Assembly: GCA_021799575.1 (NCBI GenBank)
Contig: JAJZAD010000004.1
Location: forward strand, 7,062 to 71,061
Length of the DNA stretch: 64,000 nt
DNA from: a bacterium
GTDB lineage: Bacteria > Patescibacteriota > Saccharimonadia > Saccharimonadales > UBA4665
Direction: 5' to 3'
A model generated the notes under the pieces. That model did not search any database. It was not told where the DNA came from and saw only the letters and a list, made by a program, of their open reading frames with translations. Below are positions 61,826 through 64,000 of the stretch, in pieces. A program made the position numbers and the translations under genes. The first letter of the stretch is position 1. The number at the start of each line of letters is the position of its first letter.

Positions 61826-62281
61826 CTATATGTTCAATATGTTATCTTACTTTTGTCAAAATACTTACAGACCGGTGTTTATTAATTAATTTTAAAAATA
61901 TCAGCCTTAATTAGAGTGTTAACTAGCTTAATCCATGAAAAAATTATTAAGGCCTATAAATTTTTTAGGGCAAAATCTAAAAATACGATTTATACTTCCC
62001 TGCAATAGGGGTATTGTTACTAAACTACAGCAAGATATACCATGTCGTAAAAGATATATTGTGCGACATCCAGTTGATATCTCTTTCTAGTTCTCTTTCA
62101 TGCCAGTTTTCGAAGCTTACTTTTCTAACCGTCATTTTTTTAGACTATTTTTTAATTCCACCCTTTTTATTAGCAACCTGTTTATTTTTTACTGCCTTCT
62201 ATCAATGTTGTCTACTTAGATACCGGCAACTACTTGTTCGTAAAATGTTTAGATAATTAACAATGTTATTTTTCTTTTGGT

Positions 62282-63367
62282 TTATTTGGATTCATCCAAA
62301 GCATAAGTCGCTTTAGCTACACGCCGGAATTGCGGTTTACCCTGTAGGTTAAGTAATATCGTAGCCTCTTTTACGAAACGGCTTTTCAGTACCCGTTTAA
62401 CAATCTCGTCTCTATGCAGGGGTTGATTAGCTTCTCTTAGCACCTGACTGATGATATCGGCTACTGTGCCTTTTTCATAACCCCATTCCCTTAAAGCGTA
62501 AATCCCGCGACCGATCAGCACAAAACGCTTATCTTTGATTAATTCGTTGTGTATTGCTTGGGTTGTAACGTTTTTGCGTTTAAAGTCACTTTGCTTTATC
62601 GCCTCGGCAATTTCGTTAAAGTGCATATGATGGCCGTTTTGGCTAAGGATAACGTATATTTTGTCACGGATATTTTTAGGGTTGACCAATGGCCATTTAA
62701 TGAGTCCCCACTGCTCGTTTAATTTAGCCAAGTGTTTAGAAGTACTGGCTAACGCCTCGGCTTTTTTCAAGTCTTCTATACCCGCCTGTTTAGCAATGAA
62801 GTCAATTTTCTTCGGTTCGCCGATTTTAGTAACAACCGTTACAATGTTAGCCGAGGCTTGTTTAAGGGATTTCTCCGTAAACGCCTTACTGTCGGCTACA
62901 CTGGCATAATTGTTATCATCATCGGTGATTAAAATAAGATCGGGGCACAGGTCGCACAGGAACGCTACCCTTGACTGTTCGTTCCGATCCGAATTACTAA
63001 CTAATTGAGTAGTTAAATCGATTACCCTGATCACTTGACCGTTTTTTGCTAAAATAGGTAGAATTCTCGTTTGGAAATTATCAATCCCCGGTAATTTGTG
63101 CTCCTTCCCTGCCACTCTGAGTTTTTGGATCACCGATTTCTCGAGTTGTCGAACTCTTTCTCTCGTTATACCCAACAATTCACCAATTTGTTCCAAGGTT
63201 TCTTTGCGCTCAAACAAACCAAAACGTCGGGAAATGATTTCTCTTTCCCGATCTCGTTCTATATAACGGAGGACCCCGTTAACAAGATCTTTAGTGGATA
63301 TTTGATTGCTAGAATTGTCGGTCATAGCTATATTTCTCACCAGCACTTTAATTATATTATATAACAC
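62282..63367 (-). CDS. Sigma-70 region-4-like HTH protein with two C-terminal HARE-HTH-like domains
   Basis: The N-terminus ISRRFGLFERKETLEQIGELLGITRERVRQLEKSVIQKL is sigma region 4.2-like. C-terminal HFNEIAEAI...IHNELIKDKRFVLIGRGIYALREWGY and TVADIISQVL...LHRDEIVKRVL...FRRVAKATYAL match the HARE-HTH pattern of RNAP delta. The ORF opens at GTG 63367, but ATG 63325 (MTDNSS...) is the more likely start. Confidence 0.65.
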   Translation of the reverse strand: MLYNIIKVLVRNIAMTDNSSNQISTKDLVNGVLRYIERDREREIISRRFGLFERKETLEQIGELLGITRERVRQLEKSVIQKLRVAGKEHKLPGIDNFQTRILPILAKNGQVIRVIDLTTQLVSNSDRNEQSRVAFLCDLCPDLILITDDDNNYASVADSKAFTEKSLKQASANIVTVVTKIGEPKKIDFIAKQAGIEDLKKAEALASTSKHLAKLNEQWGLIKWPLVNPKNIRDKIYVILSQNGHHMHFNEIAEAIKQSDFKRKNVTTQAIHNELIKDKRFVLIGRGIYALREWGYEKGTVADIISQVLREANQPLHRDEIVKRVLKSRFVKEATILLNLQGKPQFRRVAKATYALDESK

Positions 63368-63483
63368 ATGCTCTAAAAAAGCAAAACTAGCTTTTTATAA
63401 TATTATTCTAGCACATTAATGACTACCGTGCATAGACGATGTTATAGGAGTTAAACAATGTCACAGAGTTGTAGGAGTTTAAA

Positions 63484-64000
63484 CTATTTGTTCTGCTTTC
63501 TATGATAGCGCCGCTTTTTGTTTGGTGCTTTCGCTAATATATCTTCAGCCTCTTGCTGAGTAATTAAAGCCGGGTCTTTACCCTTATCGATTCTTACATT
63601 TCGTTTTCCGTCGGTTATATATGGACCATAAGGGCCATTTAATATCTTCATACCCTGCTCTAAATCTTTAATTAGTCTGCTTGATTCTCGTTTTACCTTT
63701 TCTGTTAATAATTGTCTGGCGGTTACTTCGTCGATGGTATGCGGGTCGTACCCTTTAATGGAGACAGATATCTTACCGGTTTTAATGTAAGGACCGAAAC
63801 GACCGATGTTAGCTTGGATTTTTTCCCCTTTTGCGGTCTTACCTACGACCCGAGGCAGCTTAAACATGTTAAGCGCCTGCTCAAGGGTTACCGTCTCGAT
63901 ACTACTTCCCTCTGGCATCGAAGCAAACTCAGGCTTCTCTTCTTGCGTAGTTTCCCCTCTTTGAAGCATCGGGCCGAAACGTCCAAAGCGAGCATAAATC
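63484..64000 (-). CDS. topA: DNA topoisomerase I, C-terminal part (gene continues beyond window end)
   Basis: Repeated C-terminal GRFGPY modules (ANIGRFGPYIKTG, LNGPYGPYITDG, and ARFGRFGP read through to position 64000) and a Lys-rich tail. The frame is open to the window edge. Confidence 0.85.
   Translation of the reverse strand, partial: IYARFGRFGPMLQRGETTQEEKPEFASMPEGSSIETVTLEQALNMFKLPRVVGKTAKGEKIQANIGRFGPYIKTGKISVSIKGYDPHTIDEVTARQLLTEKVKRESSRLIKDLEQGMKILNGPYGPYITDGKRNVRIDKGKDPALITQQEAEDILAKAPNKKRRYHRKQNK

Noticed and set aside
61806-61831. dif (XerCD) site at the palindrome AGATACTTATC-TGTG-GATAACTATAT between convergent genes
   Set aside because: The arm-spacer-arm geometry can be forced to 10-6-10. 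However, the inner arm sequences read TTAT...ATAA, which is the opposite polarity to the conserved ATAA-N6-TTATG core of known dif sites. The outer arms do not match the consensus.
62014-62256. 80-aa ORF in the gap after ftsQ
   Set aside because: Its F/L/S/C-rich composition is low-complexity and simply mirrors a T-rich strand. It has no SD and no recognisable motif.
1-64000. tRNA/rRNA genes, CRISPR arrays, transposases, integrases, prophage or toxin-antitoxin modules
   Set aside because: I recognised no T-arm-like GGTTCGAATCC-type motifs, no regularly spaced repeats, and no recombinase-like ORFs. All long ORFs are accounted for by housekeeping or hypothetical genes.

Overview
This window is a densely packed, moderately AT-rich stretch of core chromosome with about 60 protein genes. 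Most are on the + strand, and many neighbours overlap by 1-17 nt or sit within 0-25 nt of each other.

Gene content:
- Cell division and envelope: ftsA-ftsZ at the left edge; mraZ-rsmH-ftsL-ftsI-mraY-ftsW-murG-ftsQ at the right; ftsE-ftsX followed by a coiled-coil CHAP hydrolase and ctpA; also lepB, htrA, rseP and secA.
- Translation: ileS, proS, lysS, serS, glyQS, rplU, rpmA, rpmE, rpsB, tsf, frr, prfA-prmC and prfB.
- DNA metabolism: nrdR plus class II nrdJ, parA-parB, xseA-xseB, recO, a PIF1-type helicase and the 3' end of topA.
- A few small hypothetical and membrane proteins.

Several traits fit a reduced-genome Gram-positive-type lineage such as CPR/Patescibacteria (possibly Saccharibacteria). 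These are a dcw cluster stripped of mur ligases, rpsB-tsf-frr without pyrH, a ProRS without the INS domain, a type-B L31, a T-box on ileS, and the tight packing. This assignment is inference only, because no search was run.

I recognised no rRNA, tRNA, CRISPR array, transposase, integrase or prophage genes. Both RF1 and RF2 are present and intact, so the standard genetic code is expected.

Most of the window is ordinary housekeeping. The items most worth a second look are:
1. A translationally coupled histidine-kinase-like/receiver-like pair in which both phosphotransfer residues appear replaced, fused into an operon with recO.
2. A compact Ile T-box with the specifier in a hairpin loop and an odd expression platform.
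3. A hairpin-rich, terminator-ended segment just upstream of parA (small RNA, attenuator or small basic ORF).
4. A sigma-region-4 plus double HARE-HTH protein beside a 728-bp non-coding gap between convergent genes.
5. GTGGGT repeats with 10-bp phasing that overlap the mraZ promoter.
6. A loosely packed NYN nuclease / PIF1 helicase / aldo-keto reductase patch.

I could not identify any multi-gene system that is clearly novel. All functional calls come from motif recognition by eye and should be confirmed with HMM, covariance-model and BLAST searches.
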